From: Marsupella aquatica
Lineage: Eukaryota > Plantae > Marchantiophyta
Length of the DNA stretch: 64,000 nucleotides
Direction: 5' to 3'
NCBI GenBank assembly: GCA_973895155.1
Contig: OZ316893.1
Location: forward strand, 5,222,171-5,286,170
Shown here: one piece after another, positions 28,153 to 38,808 of the stretch
Layout of the letters: every line of letters starts with the position of its first letter
Numbering within the stretch: position 1 is the first letter of the stretch
Made by a program: the position numbers and the translations under genes
The notes under the pieces: generated by a model
What the model saw: only the letters and a program-made list of their open reading frames with translations
Told to the model about the DNA's origin: nothing
Databases searched by the model: none

Positions 28153-31100
28153 TGTCGCGTCCCTAACCCGGGCCTTAAATCCAGGTTAGCTCCATGGCGC
28201 GACTTCGACCACCAGTAGGGGTGAGGGTTCGGGCAAGGAGGTGTGTAGCGGTCTCGATTAGCCCCTAGTTGGGCTAAGACAATATACTTACTGGTATAAC
28301 ACTTACGCAACTCGTACTAGTCATAGGTATATTTGTTTTCCACTGCTGGAATATTCCCATAGTTAGTGACTCGGACTAACTCCCGGCTTGGGGCTTTCAA
28401 GCCATCGACGCGACAGAACCTTGTGACATGCAATGGGTGGCAATCCCTACCATTAGTCCGCACCTGGTACGTCCTTTGAAATGGCGCCTTTGCTCAGACA
28501 ACGCATACACACAACACCAGTTACTCGCGGAAACATTAGAGGGAAAAGACTATATTTACTCCGCGAAGCATCAGTTTACATGGTTGACTCGACTAAGGGG
28601 GGTCAGCAGGCCCAATGGCAGTCGATGCCCAGTCTCTACGAGGCCCCGCCTCGCACTTGCCCAACAAGCTCAACTCTAGCTCTCACTCCTTGGTGCGCTC
28701 TGACCCTGCTCAGGCCGGGACTCCCCGTGTCTCGCCTTTTCTTCTGCTGAGATAACTAAGCCTTCTCCCCCCTCATAGCGGAAGGGGAAGCTTAAATACT
28801 ACGGTTGCGGAAGGGAACCGGAGGATACTACCTTCCGGGGTAATACCTACTGACTAACTACCCTCTGACTAACTGGCCGCGCCGCCCTGACTTGTTGACC
28901 GTCGACGACAAGGGTGCCGACCGAAATGGAAGCAACTAAGCCTACTGACAAAATTTAGTCCGTTGATGGGCTCCATCCTACGTTGGCTGATCCTAACTGA
29001 TTTGGTCCTAATTCTTCCTACTGCCGCTAATCGGCGCCTAATGACGGCTATTCTGTCATTACGCCTAACCAAAAGATGCCGCTGACTCACTGCCTCGCTC
29101 GGTGCCTGCTGACACCCTTCGCTAACCACCCCTTACGTGCGTGCTGTGGTCGGACCAGGGTTTGTCCCCCTGTCGGGGCGAGACCTCGAGCCGCCTTGAT
29201 CAGAGGTGGGCCCAGATTTTCCCCGCTGGAGGACGAGCAGGGTAACGCGGTCCTGCAAGGCCTTGTTGTCCTGCACCGCCTCCTCCGCCTCGTTTGTGGC
29301 TTCATCGGCCCCTGACTGGAGCCGAGCTACATCCAGGTTGAGCTGGTTAATGGAGTCGCGATGGGTCTGGTCCTGCGCCAACAATTTATCCCGTTTGGCA
29401 GAGAGACTAGCCACCTCCTGAGCTGCCTGCCCGGCTGCCTGTAGGAATTGGTTGTTGAGGTTGGTTAGGCTAGTAACCCGAGCCGAGGATTCTGAGCGCA
29501 ACTGAAGCACGGTGTTGTCCAACTTCTTGAGATCTGCTTGTGCCCCGCTCAACTCCTGGGTTAATTCGTCTTGCTGTTCGACGGTGCGGGCTAACTCCTC
29601 GCGACGGGTAGTGGCCTCCTCCTTGAGGTGTTCCACTAGCATTTGGAGTCACTCGATCTCATTCCCCTTTGCCATGAGTTCTTCTTCCAAGCGGCCAACG
29701 ATCCGTGGTTGGTGCTCTAACATGAAGAAGGCTGGTTAAAAGTACGTCGAGACTTGTTGTCCGATGTACGTCGCCAGCTCCCCAGACATAGTCTGACTAA
29801 ACTTCTGGACCAGGTCGTAGGCCATGGTCCCCGGGGCTACTTGGTAGTCCTCCATCCTCTCGGGTACCGGTGGTTCCTTGGGCGGGGCAACGATCTCCTC
29901 CGTAGTCTGCGCTGGGGAAGGGAAGGTTTCTTCAGGTGATGGAGGAATTGGGGATGGTTGTACTGCAGGTAGCGGAGGCTCGACGGAAGGGGGTGGTGGA
30001 ATTTCGACAGGAGGAGGTGATGGAGTATTAGTCGGGGCCTCCGGCTCGGGGTTTTCCCGAGGGACGGTAGTCCGCGTGCTTGGGGTTGCCTCTTCTGTGG
30101 CGGGGGTGACATTAGTCGGGGCTGAGGTGGCCATATTCTTTCCCCTCGCCTCCCGCCGTGCTTTGTACCAAGCGAGGATGATGGCAATATGACTTCCCAG
30201 GTAAGTCTTCCCCCCGATAGCCATACCTCCCTAAGCCCGCTTAAGCTCTCCCGAGAACCTTCGGTAAAAGAATTGGGCCCAGTTCCACCTTTTGTACTGT
30301 TCCACCTACACGATCGTGCAGAGGGAAATCTCGGATCGTGGCTCAATCATGTGTAGGGTAGTCCGTATGAAGTTAAGCCGCTCCATGCAAATTAAGTTGG
30401 TGCATGACCCCTGCTTGTATCCGTTGTCCGTCTTACCTTCAGGTTTGAAGTGCCGAGGTGTATACTCCTTATTCCAAATTTGGAGTTCAACCGGCACCGG
30501 CCCGCTTGGCAGGTAGAAGATCTGTGCCAACCGATGCTCCGTGAGTGATAAGGTCTGCCCTGAAACCTTAGTGGTCGATGCGTCGGTGTTGAAATTGGAG
30601 ATGAACTCACAAATCTCCTTTGGCCCGGCCGCTCACGGTCTCCATAGCAAGTGAGCGAACTGCTCTAACTGATGCTCCTTGAGATAGTCCGCATGGTCGA
30701 GTTTCTTGATCGCGATCCAGACTACCTCGGGAACGCGGATTACCTGTAATAAGTTAGACTTGGGATTATTCGGGGGCCGTCGGGTCTGGTTGGCCGGGGG
30801 GTTTGTCGGGGCAGGTGCAGGAGCGGCGTCAGTTCGTGTTGTCGAATCAGGGGCCGGCGTCGTTCTTGCCTGCTTAAGAGAACATTGCTCGAGATGCGGA
30901 CTAACTCGCTTGGAACCCAAAGAACACTCGGTATTGTTCATGGGGCAAACTTGGGACTAGTTCGGTGGTATGCCGGTGGTCATCGGCTGAGGCGCTGGTG
31001 GCGTTGGTGTTGCCATATCCCAGTTGAAGGCGTTGGACATTTCCCCGAGGAATGTAAGGTTACGCGCCGCTTCTCGTTGTCCGCTGATGTCTTCTTGGCG

Positions 31101-32010
31101 CCTTTCGGCTGCGATCTGCTGGTCTAGGTACCCCGGAATCTTGTCGAACTCCGCTTGAGTAAGCCGTTGGCTGCCCTTCAGCCTAAAGAACTTTGCGGGG
31201 ACTTCAAGAATTGCCTCTGCTACCGATCTAAGCCCTTCCTCGCTGAGATATAGCTCGGTGATGTAGTCTCGCAGCTCGTAGCTGGAATCTCTGGTGATGG
31301 CTGTCTTCTCGCAATTAACTTGTGCTACCTTGGCCACCAGCTTCGCGTATCTTTGTTCATAAGCGGCTTTCTCGGGACAAGAGTACCAGTAAGTCTCGGA
31401 GAACTTAGCACCTATCTCGCCAAACAAGGTCCAAAATCCCAAGGCTATAAGGGTCATACTAACCTTTGTAGTCTGGTTCGTCGAGTCCGCGTTCCCGCTG
31501 TTCAGTCTGCTTACTGGTGGAGGCCTTCCTTGTCCTGACTAAATCTCGCCACAACCCGCTCTTATCTCTCGATAATCTCCTTGTAAAGGTTAGCTTGATT
31601 TGAGCAAAGAGGGCGAGTGAATGGCAGCGTCCGCAAATTCCGAAAGGTAGAAATGAGCAAATGGCCCGCTTGGCCATCGGCTCCTCTCTTATGGAGGTGC
31701 CAGGGTGAGCCCGAGCGTGAGAAGGCCAGGCCGTTTTGATCGTTAATAATGAGCTGAAGTCGGCGCCCCGGTCCAAGCGTGATGCTCCTAACGGATTTTT
31801 ACTCCGCCGCCGCCACCATACCTCGGTCACGCATAATAATCCTCCTCCTGAATTCGTAATCATTCGGTCAACTTAACCTACTCCTAATCTATTCATAATG
31901 ACAACATACGGCTATACGTGCTATTCTACGCTACGGCTACGGTCCTAATGACCGTATAAGACCTAATCTACGACCTGGGCTCTGTTAAGTGACCCGTTAC
32001 CCGTGTCACA
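28153..32010 (-). mobile_element. 3858-bp TG...CA element with 5-bp TSD (solo-LTR-like) nested in the LINE
   Basis: GCGTG TSD at 28148-28152 and 32011-32015; termini TGT...ACA. No terminal direct repeats or gag-pol motifs seen. Minus orientation inferred from the ORF and a TATTTAAG box at ~28791-28798. Confidence 0.85.
29133..31457 (-). pseudogene. Single ~775-codon ORF of the nested element (retrotransposon accessory-protein-like domain, Pro-rich linker, coiled coil) with 6 nonsense codons
   Basis: Track ORFs starting at 31457, 30941, 30530, 30224 and 29642 share one frame, separated only by TAG/TGA/TAA codons. The read-through includes ICEFISNF..KVSGQTLSLTEHRLAQIFYLP and WNWAQFFY, resembling Athila/Transposase_32-type accessory ORFs (inference). 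Confidence 0.7.
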
Positions 32011-33451
32011 GCGTGGGTCTCAACAGTGCAGCCAGAGTAAGTTGATTTTTGGATGGCGCAGGTGAAAGACAGGCAAGTCCTTTGACCCTCCATCAAAAGG
32101 TTCCTCATACGCCCAATCCTGTCGGACAGGGGAATCCAGGTAGCATTGGATATAGACCAGAAATCACAGATCTGACGGATTCCGAAGCAGCCAAAAGTTT
32201 GCATCGCCTCAGATAAGAGTTGATCAGACAAGTTGGAAAATCCCTGCAGACAGCGAAGAGTATCCGTTACACTCCACCGTCCAGGGATGAAGCTCTCCCC
32301 CGGACAGAAGATCAAATTCTCACGCACAGTTTGCCAAGTCTTCCAAAGTTGTCCAGTGTAGGTGAGCTTGCCAAAAGTCCGGGGAGTACATAATAGCAAT
32401 TTGTCAGTCATTGAATAGGCGTATCTGCGCACCGTCTTGTAGTTGAGCCATCGGGTGAGTCGGAGGTTCTCAGCAAAAATTCTAGCCCATTCAGATTCAG
32501 GGCAATCAAGTGCCCCAATGAACCATTTACATAGCAGGGCATCAGAATGACTCTGAAAGTCCTTAATACCAAGCCCCCCATCCATCTTGGGCCGGGATAG
32601 CGCATCCCAAGCGACCAAAGGGATTCTCTTCCCACCCAGCGGATTCAAACCCCACAGAAAAACTCGATTCAGCACTATCAATTTCTTCGTCAGTGCAAGA
32701 GGGGATCTCAAAAACATCATGTGATACACGGGAATAGCTTGGAGCACATGCTTAACCAACAGTACCCGGCCAGTGAAAGAAAGAAAGCGCGTCGACCAAG
32801 CAGCCAAGCGGGAACCGATACGATCAAGGCAGAAGCAGTGTAATTGAGCCTCAGAGAGGCCAGTACCAAAAGGTACCCCCAAGTATCTCTGCACCATTCC
32901 AGGAGTGCTAATCCTACAGCCAGTTTGCGAAGCCAGGTTGGTATCTTGTCTAGGGCAATCGGGATCACAATCAATTTCTCAAGGTTCACCTTAGCTCCAG
33001 TTGCTTCTTCATAGCAATTGATCGCACTTCTGGCCTGATAGAAAGCCTCCTTTGTAGCAGGAATAAATAAGCCTAGGTCATCTGCAAAAAATCTAAGACA
33101 AACATTTAACAAAGAGGAGAGTTGGATTCCCTGTAGTCTGCCAGCAGCAATTTCCGCCTTGTAGAAATCCATTAGAGGTTGTGTTGACAGTGCGAAAAGT
33201 AGAGGAGACAAAGGGCACCCCTGGCGGACACCACGAGACATGTTGATGTCAGCAGTCCAAAGGCCATTTACCAGCACCTTTGAGCAGGCACCACTAATGA
33301 GTGCACGTACCAGAAAAACAAAGTGGGAACCCAGCCCCAGAAGGTGCATCGTTTCCCAGATGTAAGAATGATCCACTCGATCAAAGGCCTTCTCGAAGTC
33401 AAGCATCAAAAATAGAGCAGGGGTGCCAGTGGCTTGAAGCCAGTCATTCAT
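32011..33451 (-). pseudogene. LINE ORF2 reverse transcriptase portion (frameshift near 32900)
   Basis: LDFEKAFDRVDH, GVRQGCPLSPLLF, FFADDL, RYLGVP, GRVLLVKHVLQAIPVY, VAWDALSRPKMDGGLGI. Confidence 0.92.
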
Positions 33452-33569
33452 AGGCTTTTGTTTGGTCTTATCTCTATTAATATTCAATTAGTCCGTGGAC
33501 CCCCTGGCTACATTTTTTAGGCCTTGTTTGAGTAAAAATCATGTATTTAATAATTAGCTTGAACTCAAG

Positions 33570-34012
33570 TTGTGAATTGTATCATTTTGTTGATTTCAAC
33601 TTCCAACCATAATTGGCAGTTTGCCTTAATTGCAAAAGGCTGGAAATCTTACTCCATGTGCCAGTTATCTTTTAAAAAGGAAAATTATCAAGTTAGTTTT
33701 TAGCCATTGTTTATTATATGAGAACTACTGTAAAAAATTTTGAATTTCATTTTAAAACCTGGATGTGTAACTAAAACGGTTACATAGTGAGAGTTTTACC
33801 CCTCTTGCTCTTTGTATTTCTAATGTTTTACATTTCTTTTTATGTCATGGGGTACCAAAATTTACACCCAAATTGATGCAAACACGAATGAAACTGTAAA
33901 TTTGATTCACAAAATGAATGAATCTTGTTTGGCGCGGTTGTTATTGATGTGGCAGTCTCTGGTGCCAGGAGTTTTTGAATGGACCTCTTATGGGGGTCTG
34001 TAAAGAATGTGC
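33570..34012 (+). repeat. Dispersed AT-rich repeat (MITE-like or non-autonomous element), copy 1
   Basis: Reverse-complement match to 59703-60150, e.g. CCAAAATTTACACCC, GTAACTAAAACGGTTACATAG, TTATCAAGTTAGTT, TGGTGCCAGGA. Confidence 0.8.
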
Positions 34013-34300
34013 ATTGAGGCTCCTAAGTAAAGAGAAAAGTAAGTGAATACGAAAAACATGGATAGGGGCAAAGATAAGGGAACAACATAAACTCTTTAAA
34101 TTGTTTTGCAAGGTTTTTTAAAATCTGAGCTCTATTAAGATTCGAAGAATAGCATTGATTTCTATTAAGAGTCAAAGAATGGGAAGAATGGGCTTTCACG
34201 CTACTGTAGTGCTTTAGAATTCCACTGGCCTCGTTGGAACACAGCTTTGGTTGTTTTTCTTTTGGCGATCTTTCCTCTACTTTTGGCTCTCCGAGCGTAT

Positions 34301-34427
34301 GGCACACGTTTACCAGCAGCTGAGCAGCCCGTCTTAGCCAGAACCAGTGTGTGAGTCCGTCCACACTCCACATGTCCTGCTGAAGAGGCCAATCCAAGTT
34401 ATGACAGGACCCACACGTAGCTTATCC
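34301..34427 (+). promoter_or_regulatory. Candidate light-responsive promoter elements of the TSP9-like gene
   Basis: ACGT-core boxes (CACACGTT ~34303, CACACGTAG ~34412), GCCAAT (~34388) and I-box complement CTTATCC (34421-34427), 250-380 bp upstream of a photosynthesis gene. Confidence 0.35.
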
Positions 34428-34680
34428 CAACATTGACGTTGGCAGCTGTGGACATTCATTCATTCATTCTTTCTTTTCAGTCAAACCTCCGCGCAAAAGA
34501 GAACAAAGCAAAACCCATCTCTTCGCATCCCATCTCGAACAGAACAGCACGAAGACCGGAACTCTGGCAGAATCAGCCCAGTTTTAGAAACGAGACGATC
34601 GCATACTCAGCTGGGTCACATCTACTGTACTTGTACAAGGGAAAGTAGAATCGGAGCGGGGATTTGCAGGAATTGCAGCT

Positions 34681-34935
34681 ATGGCGTCGTTGGCGATGGG
34701 GATGGCAATGCCGATAGTGAGTGGGCCAGTTGTGGTGATGAATGCGGCTAAGAAGGGCACCAAGGGGAAGCCGAGTAAGGAGGAAGGGAAGAGCTTCTTG
34801 GAGCAGCTGGGGGAATGGACCCAGAAGTCCTCTTTGAATGAAACCGACCCTCTCTTGAAGAAGGTGGCGGACGAGAAGAAGGGCGTTGTCACCGGGCCTT
34901 CGGAGGAAAGGAAGAAGAGCTTGTTCGGCTTGTAG
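34681..34935 (+). CDS. TSP9: Thylakoid soluble phosphoprotein TSP9-like, 84 aa, single exon
   Basis: Transit-peptide-like start MASLAMGM.., then AAKKG..EEGKSFLEQ..W..K....ETDPLLKKV and a Lys/Gly-rich tail ending LFGL, as in TSP9. High GC3 and good ATG context. Confidence 0.78.
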   Translation: MASLAMGMAMPIVSGPVVVMNAAKKGTKGKPSKEEGKSFLEQLGEWTQKSSLNETDPLLKKVADEKKGVVTGPSEERKKSLFGL

Positions 34936-37743
34936 GGGATGGATCGATGAAGATTCTCCATAGACGCCATCTCTGACAGGTTCTTCTCTCCCGCCCGGTC
35001 ACCAATACGTCTCATCTTCGGGGTTTGCACGATTGTGTGGCTTCGTTTGCATTTTCTAGCCATTTATGTGGTATACTCTTAGGCTTTGACCCTCTGATTT
35101 TTTGCCAGTCTTGCGTTATATTTGTGCCCAGTTTCTTGCTCTGGGGGAAGCCCCTCTCACTGCATTTGAACCCATGCCGGAAGCCAATGAACAAAAACTT
35201 CACCAGAACTCCCAAAGTATCCGGAATGGGCTAACATGTTCTTCACTTACCCCTTTGCGCTCTTCTCTTGCTCTAGGAAATCAATGTCTTCATTTTGTGG
35301 GTGTGTAAATTCTTCATTCATAGTTTAGGTGACAATTAACCCCAGCCCCGCCCCCGCCCCCGCCCGTGGATAGTATGAATTCATGTTGTAAATCTGGTCC
35401 CCATGTGTTTTGCTATCTGTAGTCTGAGACAACAATGTCTGTTCATTGTCCGTGAGCCTAAATTCGAACATGGTGAGATCCTCTACCCTTGAAATAAACT
35501 AGAGCAAGTAAAACTGTCCTAAGGTTTGGTGCCTCTGTGTTCTTATATCTGAATTAGGAACGAAAATGATAAATACAGGGGGAACTTGGCAATGAATTTG
35601 GATGCTATACCGATAATCGACATATTATCCAGAATGTAGCAACTGTACTGAAATGCTTCAATTTGCTTGAACAGAGTCTTCCACTATCGAAATCAAATCT
35701 GCTGACAATGCGAAGAAAACGGTCGCGAGCATGGCCACTTTAGTATACAGGACATCTACGAGCTCTGATGCTGGGGAGGCTAGACTGAAGCCAGTGGAAA
35801 TTGTATATTGTATGGACCTTACAAATGTTAAGGCAATTCTTGCTAGGCTCTTGAGCTAAGGTGAGAATTCTTCTTGCGCTGGCTAGAATTCTTGGAGACG
35901 GGGCCACTCTCCTTGTCAGCTAACTGCACTCTGTTCGGTGTTTTGTTATTTGCTTGAAGAAACTCTTATATGCCTGTTCATAGAGTTGAGCGATCCGTAG
36001 ATCAGAGTGATGGGATTATTCGTCTCAGTTTAAATTCAGAAATTCGAATATGATTGGCCTCTATTACCTCTTTCAGTGCTCTCTGAAAGCTCTTTGAAGC
36101 GGTTGTAACTTGAAGAGTTGTGTCGACGTCTTTCCTGTGCTCTATCCCAAGATTCTAATTAAAAATGTATGTTATTAGTTACGAACTATCTCATAGGATG
36201 AAAGCGAACGATGTTGTGTGCACAAGGGCCGTGTCGCCAGTTTGTGGTTGATCTGAATCCCGTGTGGATTTTTTACTATTCCGGCTGGCGTATAGCTTAG
36301 CTGTTCACTCTGTAAATTACTACATGAGCTTATAATTTGGTTGTATTCGTCAAGAATGTCTCCAGTTGTCGTGAACAGGGTCGGCTTTGGGGTTAAAGCT
36401 GGTGAACTGGTGAAGCTGTCTCTTGTCCGAACTTGATCCTCTCAACTTAAATAGGGATCACTGGTGCAGTTCCTCGGAGCTTTAAAGTAAAGTATGTCAC
36501 TGTTGTTCTAAAAGTTCCAAATGTATCACATGGAATTCGACTTTCGTTTTTTCTGATTCGGAGCCTTTCGTTCCAGCCTTAACTTAAAAGCCCCAAATTT
36601 GGATGGCCATCATTCCCTCGTTAGATCTGACTGATGGTGAAGAGCATGAGGCTGAGAGAAGAGGATAACTCCTGAATTTGTGTTGGAGGTTTTGTGTCGA
36701 TGAATGAGGATGACTGATCATGAAGGCCTTCAAGCGATCAGTACAACAAGGAGTTATTCAAGAATAAATGCCGTAAACCACAGGCCGGAAATTCATTCAG
36801 GCACTGGTGCCTGCAAGCAAAGGCAGTGGTAAAAACTGTTCAAACATTCTGAGGCTGAAGAAGGGTATGCCCGTCCGACAAGCATTTCCTTGTGTTCAAA
36901 GGACCAAAATGTAATGCGTTACAATTGCATTTGTTATAATTATTCTGCCCAAGTTCTTCGAAGCAAGCATACTGGATCAATCTTGCCCGGGTATAATTAG
37001 CTGGTTTTTGTTCTCCAAAACACAACAAAATCCCTTACCATTGCAATAGATTGCTGGACTTTGTGCCCACTTATTTCGCGCAAAGACAGGCTTCTTATAC
37101 TATTGCCCCGTCATCCATTGGATACGGTGTGCAACTTTCAGGGTGTTCAGTTCACAATATGCAACTGACTAGCAAGCAACTCTCTCTGTGGCTCTTCAAA
37201 TTGACTCCCTTCGGCAGCACATGAGGTGCAAGCCTTACGTCTAGCACCTGATCAGGTTGAGCTTTGAAGAACGGCTGGGCATTGCTCGAGGAAATCCTCA
37301 TGGCATTGAACTATGCCTGAATGCTTACCCAAGAAGGATACAGCTGATTGAAGGCCCTCCTCATCTCAGGATAAATAATAGCTCTGGGACCTAGTTCTCT
37401 ACAGCTGCGGATTCTGTTGAGCTAGTCACTCGGTTGAACGGGCACAAGGTAGAACATTCCAGACCCAGAAAACTGTGCCTCGTTGGATAGGCCGATTAAG
37501 CAGCAGTCGGTTGTCTCTGGAGCGCGGCAGTCAGTTCTGCCTGTTCGTTCTTTCCCTACTGCAATGCGCGAATCATGATTGGTTGATAGCCCACCAAGAG
37601 GTTGGAGATCGTGTTGCCAAGCATGCAAATCTTTCCCCTCTCTTGCCAGAAAAGCTCATGATACCCAGTCATTGACTTTAACATCAATTGGGCTGTACAT
37701 CTCCGCTGCTCGTCTTGACACTTTTGCCATATCCAGCAAGAGT

Positions 37744-37882
37744 TTCGGAAAGGTCAACAGCATCTTTGGAGGAGATGGAAAGTCCTTGTGAATTCCGGAA
37801 GGACAACAGCATGTTTGGAGGAGCTGGAAAGTTTCGTGAATTTCGGAAGGACGACAGCATAGTTTGAGGGGCTGGAAAGTTC
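37744..37882. repeat. Three ~49-bp tandem repeats (TTCGGAAGGACAACAGCAT..TTGGAGGAGCTGGAAAGT)
   Basis: Read directly; possibly part of a decayed LTR element. Confidence 0.8.
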
Positions 37883-38715
37883 TTGGGCAGATAGTATCTC
37901 CTATTCTATTGTGAGAGACAACCGACTGAGAGCCCTATTCTATTCTGAGAGCCCTATTACATGTGAGTGGCCACTGCCGGTAGATATCCATGATCCTTTG
38001 GAAGAGATCTGGGTCAAAAACCTTAGCTGAGATGTATTACCTGATTTTCATTCTTAGTTGTTTGATTCTTAGCGATTCTGCTTAGTTTAAAGAATACTTT
38101 GTAATTCTTTTTCCACTCTGGGTTAAGCAAAGTAATTCTAGTTAACTTGAAATAATCACTGGGAATATCCAGCTACAGTAGGTTATCCATGTAGGTTCAT
38201 GCCGATAACACAAATCAAAATGTAATAATATATGGTGTGCACCTCACTGATTTAAAGAATGGTATGGAGGTATGTCTACACCATAGATGTCATATTTTGA
38301 TATCCCGGACCCTATGTAGTCTACCCCAACCGTAACATGCTTCTACACTAGGTTTCAGCATTAGAGGGTCATCTATGTACTCTGCCCTAACTGCAGGATG
38401 CTTTCCAACAACCACCCGTCCAGATCTGACTGTAGATAGATCTAACGGTCATAATGTGACCATACAAGTCAAGTATAATATTTTTGCTGAGCAGAGGCTT
38501 CTCAACTCACTTGAAGTGCCACCAGCCCAAAATTCAAAAAGACCCTGATTGACACCATCCCATATTGACATTTTGGATCTTGCAACTGACATTGTAATCT
38601 CATTGTATAATGCTTCAATTACAGTCACTGCCCTACCATTTGTTTACTATTTGCTTTAGTAGAAACCATTTCCCCTCCTTTTCAACTAAGTAAGCAGCTG
38701 ATTTTTTCATGCTTT

Positions 38716-38808
38716 CACTCCAAGATTATTCAATTGCTTGGCTCTTTCACTCTTTGGCTCACACTCCAAGCTTATTCAAAATCTTGGCTCTTTCACTCTT
38801 TGGCTCAC
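38716..38808. repeat. ~46-bp tandem duplication
   Basis: ACTCCAAG.TTATTCAA...CTTGGCTCTTTCACTCTTTGGCTCAC occurs twice. Confidence 0.75.

Larger units (their letters stand above)
27177..33451 (-). mobile_element. L1-clade LINE, 5'-truncated, interrupted by a nested insertion
   Basis: 18-bp TSD AGGCTTTTGTTTGGTCTT at 27159-27176 and 33452-33469. AATAAA and an A-rich tail on the minus strand at ~27177-27205. RT and zf-RVT coding remnants. Confidence 0.92.

Noticed and set aside
28483-28498. TGGCGCCTTTGC as a primer-binding site
   Set aside because: Imperfect tRNA match, not adjacent to an LTR-ending CA, and opposite to the inferred orientation.
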